Assembly (NCBI GenBank): GCA_964019425.1 | Contig: OZ025801.1 | Coordinates: 620,001-684,000, forward strand | Direction of reading: 5' to 3' | Source of the DNA: Flectonema sp. DT1601 | Taxonomy: Eukaryota | DNA length: 64,000 nucleotides | Shown: piece by piece, positions 1-10,898 of the stretch | Layout of the letters: every line of letters starts with the position of its first letter | Numbering within the stretch: the first letter of the stretch is position 1 | Notes under the pieces: generated by a model | Databases searched by the model: none | What the model was told of the DNA's origin: nothing | Seen by the model: only the letters and a program-made list of their open reading frames with translations | Position numbers and translations under genes: made by a program

Positions 1-68
1 CCTTCACATGGTCCTATCCAAATAGTTTTTGTAGCCTTGTCAATGGCCTCTCTTGGTGCTCCACTCAT
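1..68 (-). CDS. 5' end of a protein gene running off the window (MSGAPREAIDKATKTIWIGPCE...)
   Basis: ATG at 68 on the minus strand, open to the window edge; preceded by an AG acceptor (aaaacag) and a T-tract, like neighbouring genes. KTIWIG resembles an RRM RNP2 strand, but the match is too short to be sure. Confidence 0.5.
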   Translation of the reverse strand, partial: MSGAPREAIDKATKTIWIGPCE

Positions 69-141
69 ACTGTGAGGTCTGTTTTATGATGAAATAAAAT
101 GAAGTTTTTCTTTTATAAAAGAAAAAAAAAAAAAAAAAAAT

Positions 142-1077
142 TCATATTCCCCAAGGGATGTCGACGTCCATATCCATATCATCTTCCTTATCAGAATCGA
201 CATAAGGATTCATTACGAGGTATTCATCTGCTGTTGAGTCTTCTTCTATTGATTGACTAGACTGTTTAATATTATTCCATACCCGTTCTGGTAGAAACTC
301 TTTCTTCCTTAGGATAAGAGTCGTGTACAGCTCCATCAACTGTTTCTCACAAGGTGCTATTTTAGTACTGTTTCTCCAAACACCGTAGGAGTGGAGAAGT
401 TTAGAATGAGGATGGACGTCGAAGTATGTGTACACGAACTCAACAACGTTGATACAGGATACTACTTCGAATCCTGCAGCCTCGCATAGTCGTAGGAAAA
501 CACTTAAGTTCAGAAGGGTTAAGTTTTCAAATTTTGAACACCCTCCCACAGTTAATGACAACGGTCCCATTCGTTCATTTGATGCTGAATCAGAGTCGTT
601 GTCGTTGTCGTGTAGCGAGAGTGTGAAAAGTTGATTTTGGAAAGTTCCATTCTTTCCTTCAACTTTAATTCTCCTATAAATCGCACCACTGTCAAGTAAC
701 GTTGTAAACAGTAGTCCGTTGTCACGTATCCTCGATCTCATTTCGTTAAGAAACTTTTTCGCAAAATCTTTCTCTCCCAATTTTAGCATTACGGTGTCAC
801 TTGTACAACCAACGACATCACATGAAGGAGGGAGAGAGGTCATTGATGTCCATCCATCACTTTTTCGTTTTTTTGCGGCACTACTCGCACCCTCAGACAC
901 TGACGAGTCTTCACTATGAAACCAATGAATAGAAGAAATACATTCTCCTACTCTGACGTATTTCCCAACGTGATTTCCATCTGTCTCATAGTCTACAACA
1001 ACTGCTTGTTTTAAATCCGTGATACATCGTTGGACCAATAGTTCTTTTGTCCAACTAACCACACCTGCTGTTTGCAT
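142..1077 (-). CDS. Divergent mRNA cap guanine-N7 methyltransferase-like protein (RNMT/Abd1/Pox_MCEL family)
   Basis: 311-aa ORF. Family-like motifs in order: SWTKELLV (cf. NWIKSVLI), GLLFTTLLDS (cf. GYFIGTTPD), FQNQLFTL, LNLSVFLRLCEAAGFEVV, and C-terminal LMELYTTLILRKK. The SAM-binding motif I is degenerate. Confidence 0.7.
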   Translation of the reverse strand: MQTAGVVSWTKELLVQRCITDLKQAVVVDYETDGNHVGKYVRVGECISSIHWFHSEDSSVSEGASSAAKKRKSDGWTSMTSLPPSCDVVGCTSDTVMLKLGEKDFAKKFLNEMRSRIRDNGLLFTTLLDSGAIYRRIKVEGKNGTFQNQLFTLSLHDNDNDSDSASNERMGPLSLTVGGCSKFENLTLLNLSVFLRLCEAAGFEVVSCINVVEFVYTYFDVHPHSKLLHSYGVWRNSTKIAPCEKQLMELYTTLILRKKEFLPERVWNNIKQSSQSIEEDSTADEYLVMNPYVDSDKEDDMDMDVDIPWGI

Positions 1078-1388
1078 GTTTTCTTTATTCCAAATGACTG
1101 CGTGTTAGGCGTATCATATTATGTGAACCTGTATTAGTGAGATTGTGGTGAGATGTGTTCACATTATTACACAACGAAATGTTATTTTTTTTTTTATAAA
1201 AAAAAAAACAACATTTCAACAGACGGGTTGGGGGAATTCTCTTTTCGTCTTACCAACCTGCGACAGGTGGAATGCTGTCGGAGTTGAGTGTAAATCAGAT
1301 ATATACCAACCTAATCATAATAACGACCTACCAAAGGACGTGTGTAATGACGTGACGTGTCTAAAGAATACCCTTCAGGTAAGAAAAG

Positions 1389-1589
1389 CTATTTCTTTGT
1401 CTGTTTAGCATCCATCATTTTCCTGTTTTTTTTTTTTTTTTTTTGAGTCTTAAGAACGAAAAAAAAAAAAAAAAAAAAAAAAAGAGAGAAACCATACTTA
1501 TTAAGCACAAGTGTGTATTCTGGTGTAGTTTGCTTGTGAACCAATCCCAGAGGATCAACGACGTTCGCAAGAACCCCAAGAAGACTCAT
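1389..1589 (-). CDS. Putative 41-aa two-exon microprotein (exons 1589-1498 and 1422-1389)
   Basis: A 75-nt GTATGG...AAAACAG intron at 1497-1423 removes the low-complexity F/K run, giving MSLLGVLANVVDPLGLVHKQTTPEYTLVLNKKMMDAKQTKK*. There is an upstream acceptor (ttgtaacag) and a 5'UTR donor (gtaagg, ~1687). Confidence 0.5.
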   Translation of the reverse strand: MSLLGVLANVVDPLGLVHKQTTPEYTLVLNKYGFSLFFFFFFFFVLKTQKKKKKNRKMMDAKQTKK

Positions 1590-1808
1590 CTCCCCTGAGG
1601 TCCTGTTACAAGAAAATATAAAATCGCAACCTACATTAATTACTTTGAGTGTCTAATTTTATTGATAGACGTCTAGAGAGACCTTACTTTCACAACTAAC
1701 TAGTCTGGTGAAAAAAGAAAAGAAGATAAATTATCATAACAAGCCATGTCACTCTCTCTCAAATAAGATAACCCGTAAGGGTCTCTTTTAACGAACGTAA
1801 TAATATTT

Positions 1809-2036
1809 CTAGTGAACGTATTCCAGTACTCGGTAGTCATTGTCTGCTTCCAATACATTTCCCGTAGTCATCGTGTTGCATGTTGTCTTTGGACAGCTGC
1901 CTTTCTTAGCACCTATCGTATGTTTATATGTTTTTATCCAACTAACTTTCTTTGAATCCCATTGAGAACACCAGTTCCCATTTAGTGTGTGGTACCAATT
2001 AGGATGGTCACCGAAATCGAAATCGTCATCAATCAT
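1809..2036 (-). CDS. Hypothetical small protein (~75 aa)
   Basis: ATG at 2036 after a poly-A leader; complex, non-homopolymeric sequence on the coding strand of the cluster; no family recognised. Confidence 0.4.
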   Translation of the reverse strand: MIDDDFDFGDHPNWYHTLNGNWCSQWDSKKVSWIKTYKHTIGAKKGSCPKTTCNTMTTGNVLEADNDYRVLEYVH

Positions 2037-3000
2037 TTTTTTTTTTTTTTTCTTGTTCACTTCCGTGAAGAGGAGGGGTGAAAAAATAGAACAAGTTGCC
2101 CAAATCCAACAATTTTTTTGGTGTCTGCATATGATATGATAAATGGTTCTAATTTACCTGCATGCACATCTCACTTTCCGTGTTGTCATTCGAGCGAGGA
2201 GGGCATTTTGTGACCTGCCTCTGAGAATAGAAAAGAAAAAACTAACAAAATTAAAACCCTACATCAGAATTCATCACAGTAGAGAGAGGTACTGCAACTA
2301 CTACATGGATACAAAACAGATTAACACATATCAAAAGTGGATACAATGAATTTTTTTTTTTTTTTTTTTTCGTGACGTGTTTTCCCATTTTTTTACGAAA
2401 CAGCTACACCCTTCTCCCGATGATTTCTACGTTTTTTTTGTTTTTTTTTCATTCTTTTTTTTTTTAAATACAATCCTACAATACAAAACTAACGCAGATA
2501 GAATGCCTGTCGCAAAGGGGGATACGTTATGATTTCAATCTTAATAAATAGATAGGCAAGGAAATCCTTACATTGAATATTATGCATCGCTGACCCAGCA
2601 AACGAAAGTTAACATTAATAAAGCTGTGAGGCAACAGCAACGTGAGTTTGGGGTCTTCAATACCTTTATGCTTCATCTTCGACCATGTTGGTATAAAAAA
2701 AAAAAAAAAAAAAACGTAAATTTTAGCGAGGGAAAATAGAGAGCAATCATAAATACAATAGTCTTAATAGCGGATAAGATACCACCATTGTGGATGCCAC
2801 AGACAACACTTTCCAGACCCTTTCTCGAATTGAGGTTGGAACAACCGAATGCTCTCATGGAGGAATGGTACAACACAATTGGGGGAAAAGAGAAAGAAAA
2901 AAAAAAACAACAATAACAACAACAAACTGCGAGGCCAGGGAATACACAATAAATATTTTCTTTTTTAAAAAAAAAAAAAAAAAATTCAAAATCTCGATTA

Positions 3001-6000
3001 TTACCTCCAAAGCCTTGGTGTAGTTGGTCTCCCGGGGGACATCTTTCTACTACCCTGACCAGGTGGTTTATAACCAGAATTCCCATACTCAAGTACATTT
3101 TGAGGAGTTGGAACGTATTGCGGTGTTGTCACAGAGTAAGAAGCAGCTGGATATTTTGAAGCAGCAGCAGGTGATGGGAATCGACGGCCTCTAACAGGAG
3201 TAGTTTTCCTAGCATGTCTCTTTGTCATCACAGAGAGGACTGCGTCACTGATTTCAGACATACTCATGTGTTTGTGATCAAGGATTTGACTTAAGTGAGC
3301 AGTTAGAGTTTCAACCTTTTGATGATCAGGTTTAGTACTGGCTGCCGAATGATCGATGGTATCTTTTAATAAAGTTTCCAGGTTTCCGGAATCACTTATT
3401 GGCTTTGTCTTCATACCTTCTAACTGTTGACATTTGTCTTTGTATTCCATCATTCTCTTCTCAGCTTGTTTTCTACTATTTCTGACTAGTTCAAATTCCA
3501 TTAACAGTTCTTTGTGAGTGTTTGCTAATTTAACCATGTCTCGTCTGCAGTTATTCAATTCTTGTTTTAAAGATGTCACATCAGCTGAAGTAGAAAGACC
3601 TTGTTGATGTAGTCGAGATTGATGTAACTTCTGTCTGAGTGAAGCACATTCGTTGTGAGAGCCTTGCAATTGCTGAGTCAAGAGCTGGCACTGCTGCTCA
3701 ATTGCCGAGTCTGTCGCGCCGCTAAACTGAGTCGCCAATCCAGTTTGATGTTCTCTTACTGGAGATGATGCTCTGGAGTGGTTTTCAGATTTATATTTTC
3801 GTAGTTGTTCTTCAGTTGTTTGAAGTCGTTTTTCGAGTGCCATGCGTCTGGTTGTCTCTGCCATTCCAGCAACCACAGCAGTCCTTGCTTCTTTTAATTT
3901 TTGCTTTAAACCTTCTCCCTCATCCTTAGTTGTTTGTAAAACATTTTGAAGATCTGAAATTTTTTCATTACTCTCAACATTTTCTTTAGAAGCAGCGAGT
4001 TCTTTGTGTAAACGAGATAGTGATAATTCACTGTGTCGTAACTGGGTAGTCATCTTGTCTGTCTCTGCCTTGGAAAGACGAAGTTCATTTTCAAATTGTT
4101 TTTGTTCAGTAGCAGAGTGCTGTAATTCCGATTTTAAGTTTTGATTTGATTTCTGAAGAGTTAAATTCTCATTTTTTAGATCAACTGCAGTGGTGTTGTT
4201 TTCTAGCTGAGCAACTTTGTTCCTTAACAAATCAGTCTCTTGGTTGTGTGTCGCCGTGTCAGCTTCTCTCCGTAATTGTAATTTCTTAACCTGAGAATTA
4301 CTTTCAATTTTTAAATTTGACAGTTCTTGTTGAAGTGTTTGGATGGTTTGCTTTAGCTCAACTATCTGTTCTTTGAAATCTTCGGTTGAATGTTTTGATA
4401 TTTGTTCCCTCAAGAGCTCGATTTCATCGGTCTGCTCTGTTGACGCTAATCTCAAGTTACTAATATTTTCAGTTAATTTCGCTATTTCAGAACTGCTAGC
4501 CAGGTTTCCTGCCTTCTGCTCACTCAGTAAGATTTTAATCTCATCCTTGCCGGCTGATTCTGAATCTGCTCGTTGATTTGCTATTTTTAATTTTTCTTGT
4601 AACTCATTCACCTGGTCTTCAATTTCCCTTCTCGAAGCAGCCTCCGATGTCACTAATTTAATATTTTTTGCTGTTAAATTCGACAACTCATCCTGAAGGT
4701 CAATTATTTCTTTTTGAAGGCTTGAATCATTCTCTTTGACTGAAAGCTTTTGTTTCATATCTTTTGCAAATCGATCTTTCAATGCTTGTAATTCTGTTTC
4801 TTTAGTGTGAACGTCTTCTTTTAGATTCAGTATGGCTGAGTCAGATGTCTTTTGATAGGATTCGTAGTCTTTCACGATACTGGATAGTTTTCCTGAGGCA
4901 GCTTCATCGTCTTTTTCTAACTGGTTTACTCGTTCTTTTAGATTGTTGTTGTCAGTTGCGAATCTTTTTTTCAAAGCATCAATTTCAGAAGTTTTCAAAG
5001 ACATTTCTTCTTTACTATCATGAACGTCTTTTTGTAGTATTTTATTTTTATTTTTTAATATTTCACTGTCGTTTTCTAACTTCTCCAGGAGGGTTTTCAA
5101 AGTCGTTATTTCATCATTCTGTTCAGGAGAGCTTTCGTTATTACTTTTCTGAAGGGTAGCGATGGTTTCTCGTAAATCGGAGATTTCGGAATTTTGCGAT
5201 TCCAATTCGGTGAATAAATCATCGTTCCTCTGTTTTAGATCAGCAGTGTCTTCGTCGTTCTCTTTTTTACGTAGTGAGTCGATTTCAGTCAACAAAGCGT
5301 CATTCTGTTGTTGTAATTTCCCGATTTCGGATGTTTTCAAATCAATCGCCGCAACGCTTTCCTTTAAAAATTCATTTTCTTTTTTCAATTCATCATTCAG
5401 ACCTTCCCCATTACTTTTCTGAAGGGTTGCTATGGTTTCTTTCAAATCAGTAATTTCGGTTTTTTGTGATTCCAACTCCGTGGAAAGGGCATCATACTTG
5501 TCGCTCAAAGCAGCTTTTTCAGAAGAAACCAGATCAAAGTCAGATTGTAGGATTACGGGTTCAGATGCGTCAACAGTTCCGCCATTGAGTTGGTCGTTTA
5601 AAACAGAATTCTTATTTTTGAGTTCGGTGTTCTCATCCTGGAGTGATGAGATGGTTGAGGCGTATGAATCTCGTTGGGTCATGGATCGGTCTCGAAGGGC
5701 ATTTAGTCCTTTGGAGGATTCCCTTGCTTCAAATGTTTTTAACTTAAGCTGACCTCCTATGTCAGCGAGGTTTTCTCTTTGATCTGTTGCACGTTTCTCA
5801 GTTTGTATTATTGATTGTTGTAAGACACTGATCTCTTCAATGTACTGCTCAACTTGTTCTGCAGGAATGGAACTATCTACTTCATCTCTCAATGTCGTGT
5901 TTTCATTTCTCAAAGTCTGAATGTCAAGTTGTTGGAATGTTTTTATTTTTGTTAATTTTTCAACTTCATCCTCCAACTCATCAATTTTCTCTTCCAATGC

Positions 6001-6987
6001 AGACTGAGATTGACTCATCAGCTCATCTAAAAGCATCTCAGCACTGTCAGCGGCAGCTTTCAAATCGTTATACTCCAATTGTAATTCCCTGAGTTGACTT
6101 GATTTGTCATCGTCGTTTATCATTTCAGAAGTCTTTTGTTTACTACTGCCAGTTGATGAAACGCTCATTGTAGTTTTATCCATCTCTGCTTCGCTAAGCA
6201 GATGTTCTAACGTCTCAACACGAGCTTGAAGATCATCCGCTTCTTCTGTTTTATTTAACAATGCTTCATTGCGACTCTTAAGACGAGATTTAAGGTCGTC
6301 GTTTTCCTCCTTCATGTGATTGAGATCTTCGGTGTCCTGATGATTATCTGAAACACCTTCAAAAGAGAATTTAGAAATCGTATTTTCATCTTTTGCAGCT
6401 TGGATCGTCAGTCTCAGTATTTCAGCTTTTAGGGATTCACACATGTCGCTGAGGCTTTCGTTGCTTTTAGTGTATTTCAACATCATTTTTGATGCAGTAT
6501 TCTGCAATGAATGAAGCTTTTCTTGTTGATCATTGGATACGACTCTAGCTTCGTGTTGACTGTATCGCAACTCATGTCGAAGCTGGCTTACTACTACTTC
6601 TGAAGCAGCACTGTTACTTTCATGAAAAGTATCTGAGAAGTTGAGCTCTTCTTCAAATTGCTGTCTCATGTTTGTTATTTCATTCTGAGCACATCGAAGA
6701 ACTTGTTCATAGTTGTGTAGGACAGACGACGATGAATTATCAGATTTCGTAGTTTCATTATATTTAACAGAAGATTCGAGATCACCTATCAGGTCGAGGG
6801 CTTCAGAAGCTTTCACACATTCTCCTTGATGAAGGTGTGACAGTTTTTTTAATTGAATTTTGAGATCTGAAATTTCCTCTTCTGCTGCTTCAGCTCTCTC
6901 AATCGCATTGGTTTCTCTTGCAAGCACCTCAGTCATCTGCTGTTGCAAAGCAGGATGAGCAATTCCCACTTCAACATCGTTATCCAT
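3001..6987 (-). CDS. Large coiled-coil protein (1328 aa)
   Basis: Uninterrupted 4-kb ORF rich in E/K/L/Q/S heptads; internal duplication ELESQxxEIxDLxETIATLQKSN; P/S/R-rich disordered C-terminal tail. Confidence 0.92.
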   Translation of the reverse strand: MDNDVEVGIAHPALQQQMTEVLARETNAIERAEAAEEEISDLKIQLKKLSHLHQGECVKASEALDLIGDLESSVKYNETTKSDNSSSSVLHNYEQVLRCAQNEITNMRQQFEEELNFSDTFHESNSAASEVVVSQLRHELRYSQHEARVVSNDQQEKLHSLQNTASKMMLKYTKSNESLSDMCESLKAEILRLTIQAAKDENTISKFSFEGVSDNHQDTEDLNHMKEENDDLKSRLKSRNEALLNKTEEADDLQARVETLEHLLSEAEMDKTTMSVSSTGSSKQKTSEMINDDDKSSQLRELQLEYNDLKAAADSAEMLLDELMSQSQSALEEKIDELEDEVEKLTKIKTFQQLDIQTLRNENTTLRDEVDSSIPAEQVEQYIEEISVLQQSIIQTEKRATDQRENLADIGGQLKLKTFEARESSKGLNALRDRSMTQRDSYASTISSLQDENTELKNKNSVLNDQLNGGTVDASEPVILQSDFDLVSSEKAALSDKYDALSTELESQKTEITDLKETIATLQKSNGEGLNDELKKENEFLKESVAAIDLKTSEIGKLQQQNDALLTEIDSLRKKENDEDTADLKQRNDDLFTELESQNSEISDLRETIATLQKSNNESSPEQNDEITTLKTLLEKLENDSEILKNKNKILQKDVHDSKEEMSLKTSEIDALKKRFATDNNNLKERVNQLEKDDEAASGKLSSIVKDYESYQKTSDSAILNLKEDVHTKETELQALKDRFAKDMKQKLSVKENDSSLQKEIIDLQDELSNLTAKNIKLVTSEAASRREIEDQVNELQEKLKIANQRADSESAGKDEIKILLSEQKAGNLASSSEIAKLTENISNLRLASTEQTDEIELLREQISKHSTEDFKEQIVELKQTIQTLQQELSNLKIESNSQVKKLQLRREADTATHNQETDLLRNKVAQLENNTTAVDLKNENLTLQKSNQNLKSELQHSATEQKQFENELRLSKAETDKMTTQLRHSELSLSRLHKELAASKENVESNEKISDLQNVLQTTKDEGEGLKQKLKEARTAVVAGMAETTRRMALEKRLQTTEEQLRKYKSENHSRASSPVREHQTGLATQFSGATDSAIEQQCQLLTQQLQGSHNECASLRQKLHQSRLHQQGLSTSADVTSLKQELNNCRRDMVKLANTHKELLMEFELVRNSRKQAEKRMMEYKDKCQQLEGMKTKPISDSGNLETLLKDTIDHSAASTKPDHQKVETLTAHLSQILDHKHMSMSEISDAVLSVMTKRHARKTTPVRGRRFPSPAAASKYPAASYSVTTPQYVPTPQNVLEYGNSGYKPPGQGSRKMSPGRPTTPRLWR

Positions 6988-7141
6988 TATTAGTTATGAA
7001 TGCTAAGGGTAAAATTTTGATATTTTTATCAATATTTTTAAAACATAAAAAAAGAAAATAGCCAAAAATGACGTATGAAATCATCGGGAACAGAAAAAAG
7101 GTATTGAACCTGGAATTACAATTGGGGGCAAGGAAAAAAAA

Positions 7142-7173
<32 letters not shown>

Positions 7174-7308
7174 CCAACATCGTTTTCCGGTAATAGTTAT
7201 CTCAATAAAAAGAAAACCGATCAATATATTGTACAACAAAACAAAGAAGGTGCCCAGTTTAAAAGGCTTTTGTATATAAACACACCAACGTGTAAATTGT
7301 CAACTACT

Positions 7309-7728
7309 TCAACTGGTTTGGACTGATGCGATGGGCTGAGATTGTTCCAAAGCTTTTACTGTCATAACACTACTGGTCCACTTGTCTTCGTTGATGGTAT
7401 AAAGACGTTCTAGGAAACTTTGACAGTCGTATCCATCAGATGCAATGGTTTGTAATCCTTTGGGATACAGTCCTTCATATTGCATTTTTTGAACAAAAGG
7501 TGAACACCTTTCGAAGTATTGCTCTGGAAGAGCATCATCAGGTCGACTCCAAGTTCTTCTACCGGTTTCAGTGTTGACGAAGAAACGCTTTCCATCTGGT
7601 CGCTGGTGTTCAACCCACCCATTTCCTATCATTAGTTCACTTCGTCCATCCTTTCCCAAATCACAAGTAAGACCCACACCAGATGACATTGCAGTCATGT
7701 AACTGGACATCATTATTTCTCTAAACAT
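7309..7728 (-). CDS. WW-domain protein (~139 aa)
   Basis: GWVEHQRPDGKRFFVNTETGRRTWSRP fits the WW consensus W...YY.N..T..T.W..P. First ATG at 7728; probable 5'UTR intron ~7762-7977 (gtcagg...tacag). Confidence 0.85.
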   Translation of the reverse strand: MFREIMMSSYMTAMSSGVGLTCDLGKDGRSELMIGNGWVEHQRPDGKRFFVNTETGRRTWSRPDDALPEQYFERCSPFVQKMQYEGLYPKGLQTIASDGYDCQSFLERLYTINEDKWTSSVMTVKALEQSQPIASVQTS

Positions 7729-8834
7729 TGCTTTTGGAGGTTTTTTCTTGAAATCCACTTGCTGTACATGAATAAAAACAGTAAAACTTTTTTTTTTTTT
7801 TGTTGTAAATGATGTTCAAATTCTGGGAAAAAAAAATAAATCAGAAAACATGATTCTCTTTTTTTTTTTTTAACGGATGCAAATAATACTTTCAAATAAC
7901 AACAAGCTGTCTGGAAAAGAAAATGTTCTGGAAAAAGAAATTTTGAAAAAAAAAAAAAAAAAAAAAACATTCCTGACCTTAATCAAGCAAGTGCTGTACA
8001 GCTGTGGTCCCAACCTCTCACAGTCGAGAGACTCAGATTAACCATCAGAAGTGACTATTCAGACCCACCCACACGATGCAGTGTAAGAGTCGACGATAGT
8101 TTCAAGTTCAAAAATAATTCAGGTGCGCGAAGTTTTTTTTTTTTTTCCCTTCTTTTTTTGTGCCGACGTAGTCGGAGAAGAAACTATTCAGATTGAAAGC
8201 CGATATTTCTTACAGCTATGATTTATTTTCCCCCCCTCCGTGTCGCGTCATGGGCTGCGTTCAACGAAATATAAAACTAATCTGAATGGTTTTCTTTTTT
8301 TTTCCACACAAAGATATTTCTTCATTATAATATTTTTTGGACCCAGGAAATCGGAAGGGAAAAAAAAAAAAAAAAAAGGTCATTCAGCTGTGGCGAGACA
8401 TAAGTTCTCGCACCATCGAAAAAGTAGCCCGCATCGGCTGCTTTTTCGACACAAAACAAACCAGCGCAGAAAATTCATTACAGGAAAAGAAATAAAAAAT
8501 TGAGGTTCGAGAAAGCGGCGTTGCTGCTTTCTCGAACAACTTAGAAGAGGAATTAAATTAAACACACACACGGTGTGCGTAAGAGAGGAACGATTAGTTA
8601 GGAAGCTGCTGCATTCCCCATAATTATTTTAAAAAAAAAACTTTTATTTGATGTTAGTACTTTTTATTGCTGTTACTAGTTCGAAGCGCACTACTAGCGG
8701 AGAAATTCCACTCCGCAGGAAGTAAGTTGCCAAAATGCAAAATTTAACTCAACAAAAAAAAAGAAAAAGGAAGGAAGGAAGGGGGGTAAATTTTGTATTA
8801 ACGAAAAAACTTTCGTTTATTAACCCGCAGGAAG

Positions 8835-8872
<38 letters not shown>

Positions 8873-9561
8873 CCAAAACTACTTACTAGTTTTGCTGCAA
8901 AGGAGTAATTTGATACTGCAAAGAAAGGTTAAATATTTAACTTTATAAAATAACTTTAATTTAACAACCTGTTAAGGATACAGTGCAATAGGGGAGTTAA
9001 CTGTTTGATTTTGTGCGTAAAATACAAATGTATTGTATCATAAACAACAAAACGATAGTTTAACATTAGTTTTAGATGCAGTGACTAAAGGTAATGTTAG
9101 GTGTGATGTGTAACTTAGCCTTTTGCAATGTGGGGTCTCTTCAGCCACAATTCTCTCTCAGAAGAATGCGAATGAATCTGAGGTAAACCAAATTGAGTTT
9201 TTTTTTTATTTTTACTTTCTTATTATTAGTCCATCATTTTTTATTTTTATTTTTTTTTTTTTTTAAATTAAAATCAATTAATTAAACGCACAGCATATCA
9301 GAACATATAGCACACAGTGGATCAGACGTATGTAGAGAAGCGTTTTTTTTTTTTTTTTTTTTTTTTTTGTTCTCGCTTTTTTTTTTTTTTCCCCTCCCTA
9401 TTTTTTACAACATTACTCAATAATATTGCCTTTGTGGGTCTGGTTGTTTTCTCTTAATTTCGTTGGAAGAAAAATCTCCAGCCCTTCTCTTGTTGGTTAG
9501 ATAATTCGATTGCCTGTAGTTATAATAAATTATACTATGGTAATACCAATCAAAACAGTAG

Positions 9562-10644
9562 TTAAAAACCATACCTGCCAGTTTCTGCGTCGATTGAGTT
9601 TTCTCCTAAACTGAGCAGCTGCTCTCTTTTTGCCCATTTTTGTGGATCGACATATCGAAATGTCAATGAGACTCTTTTAGTCCGATGAAAAGTTTTTCCG
9701 TCTTCAGAAATATCTTTTTCCACTCCAGCAATTGAGTGCTGCCATCTCCAACGTGCCATTGACGTGAATGACATAAGTGACCGAGGTTGTGCTATGATTT
9801 GAACCATTTCCTTCTTTGAAATTCCAAATTTCTCAGCGATATAGTCGCTGCCATTTGTCCAATTTATTGTAACAGGAGACCCTAAAGAAACAACAACGAT
9901 GTCATCTTCAAAACAATGTTGATCACTATGTGAGTTTATACCTTGTCCGGGATCGTATTCATTTATGATAAGTTGGTTAGGCATTCTGGTAAACAATCCA
10001 TTGTCGATTCCGCGTTGGAGAAGAGGAGTTGTCCACAGAGGCATACCCTCATCTGCGCGTATCAGAGAAGAAGAGAGATGAGCGAACTTGTATCCAAATT
10101 GCTGAGTTCGTCTTAGAAGTGAGGATTCCCAGATTCCAGATGCTCCGATCTTTTCAACCCATAAAAGAATTTTTTGTTCTTCTGATTGTGTTATGAAATC
10201 CTGACTCAGCTTCATTCCGAATGGTACAAAGTTGTAGTTAGCAGCCAAAGCTAAGTCATCTTTACCTCTTTTACAACCTTTTAATTTATCTCTGAGATTA
10301 TTATCTTCAACATCTTGATGACGACGTCTTCCTGAAGCTGCTGGACATCCGGGTGTGAATTCTAATTGTTGTCGATGGTAGTCTTCTTCAATTTCATTTA
10401 CGTTATCCGGAACAGCAGTTGGATTCGCTTTTTTTTTATTCTCAATAAAGGCATCTGGATAATGACTTTTCTTGTTTCGATGACGACTCTTACCCTCTGG
10501 AACCACTGCTGTAGTTCGATTTGTGTTTCCACTTTCAACAACAACGGGACTACTACCCACAGCATGATAATACTGTTGAGGCTGTTGCCATGCTTGTTGT
10601 TGTTGTTGTTGTTGGTATACTCCGTTGTAATTATTATTCATCAT
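9562..10644 (-). CDS. AlkB-family Fe(II)/2-oxoglutarate dioxygenase
   Basis: RRTQQFGYKF, NQLIINEYDPGQGINSHSD (HxD), distal H in WQHSI, and RVSLTFR (RxxxxxR); Q/N-rich low-complexity N-terminus. Confidence 0.92.
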   Translation of the reverse strand: MMNNNYNGVYQQQQQQQAWQQPQQYYHAVGSSPVVVESGNTNRTTAVVPEGKSRHRNKKSHYPDAFIENKKKANPTAVPDNVNEIEEDYHRQQLEFTPGCPAASGRRRHQDVEDNNLRDKLKGCKRGKDDLALAANYNFVPFGMKLSQDFITQSEEQKILLWVEKIGASGIWESSLLRRTQQFGYKFAHLSSSLIRADEGMPLWTTPLLQRGIDNGLFTRMPNQLIINEYDPGQGINSHSDQHCFEDDIVVVSLGSPVTINWTNGSDYIAEKFGISKKEMVQIIAQPRSLMSFTSMARWRWQHSIAGVEKDISEDGKTFHRTKRVSLTFRYVDPQKWAKREQLLSLGENSIDAETGRYGF

Positions 10645-10898
10645 TTATATAAGTTTATTATCCTGTTTTCTTAAGAAAAAAAATGTGATGAGGAGAGGTA
10701 AAGTGATTCTTTTACTTCAACCAGACAGAAGGTGAAAATAAAGTTACCCAACTTTTTTTTGAGTACTTTCGATGCTGTCGATAGTTGCAAACTACAACGG
10801 TCAATTGTTTTCAAAGAAAATAATACCAATTTTTTTGAATATCTCAAAAACAAATAGTTTACCTTAGTGTTGTTCTTCAAAGGGACAACATTTTTTTT

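Noticed and set aside
4343..6092. Plus-strand ORFs overlapping long genes (also within 32394-35312 and elsewhere)
   Set aside because: Antisense shadows of genuine minus-strand CDSs.
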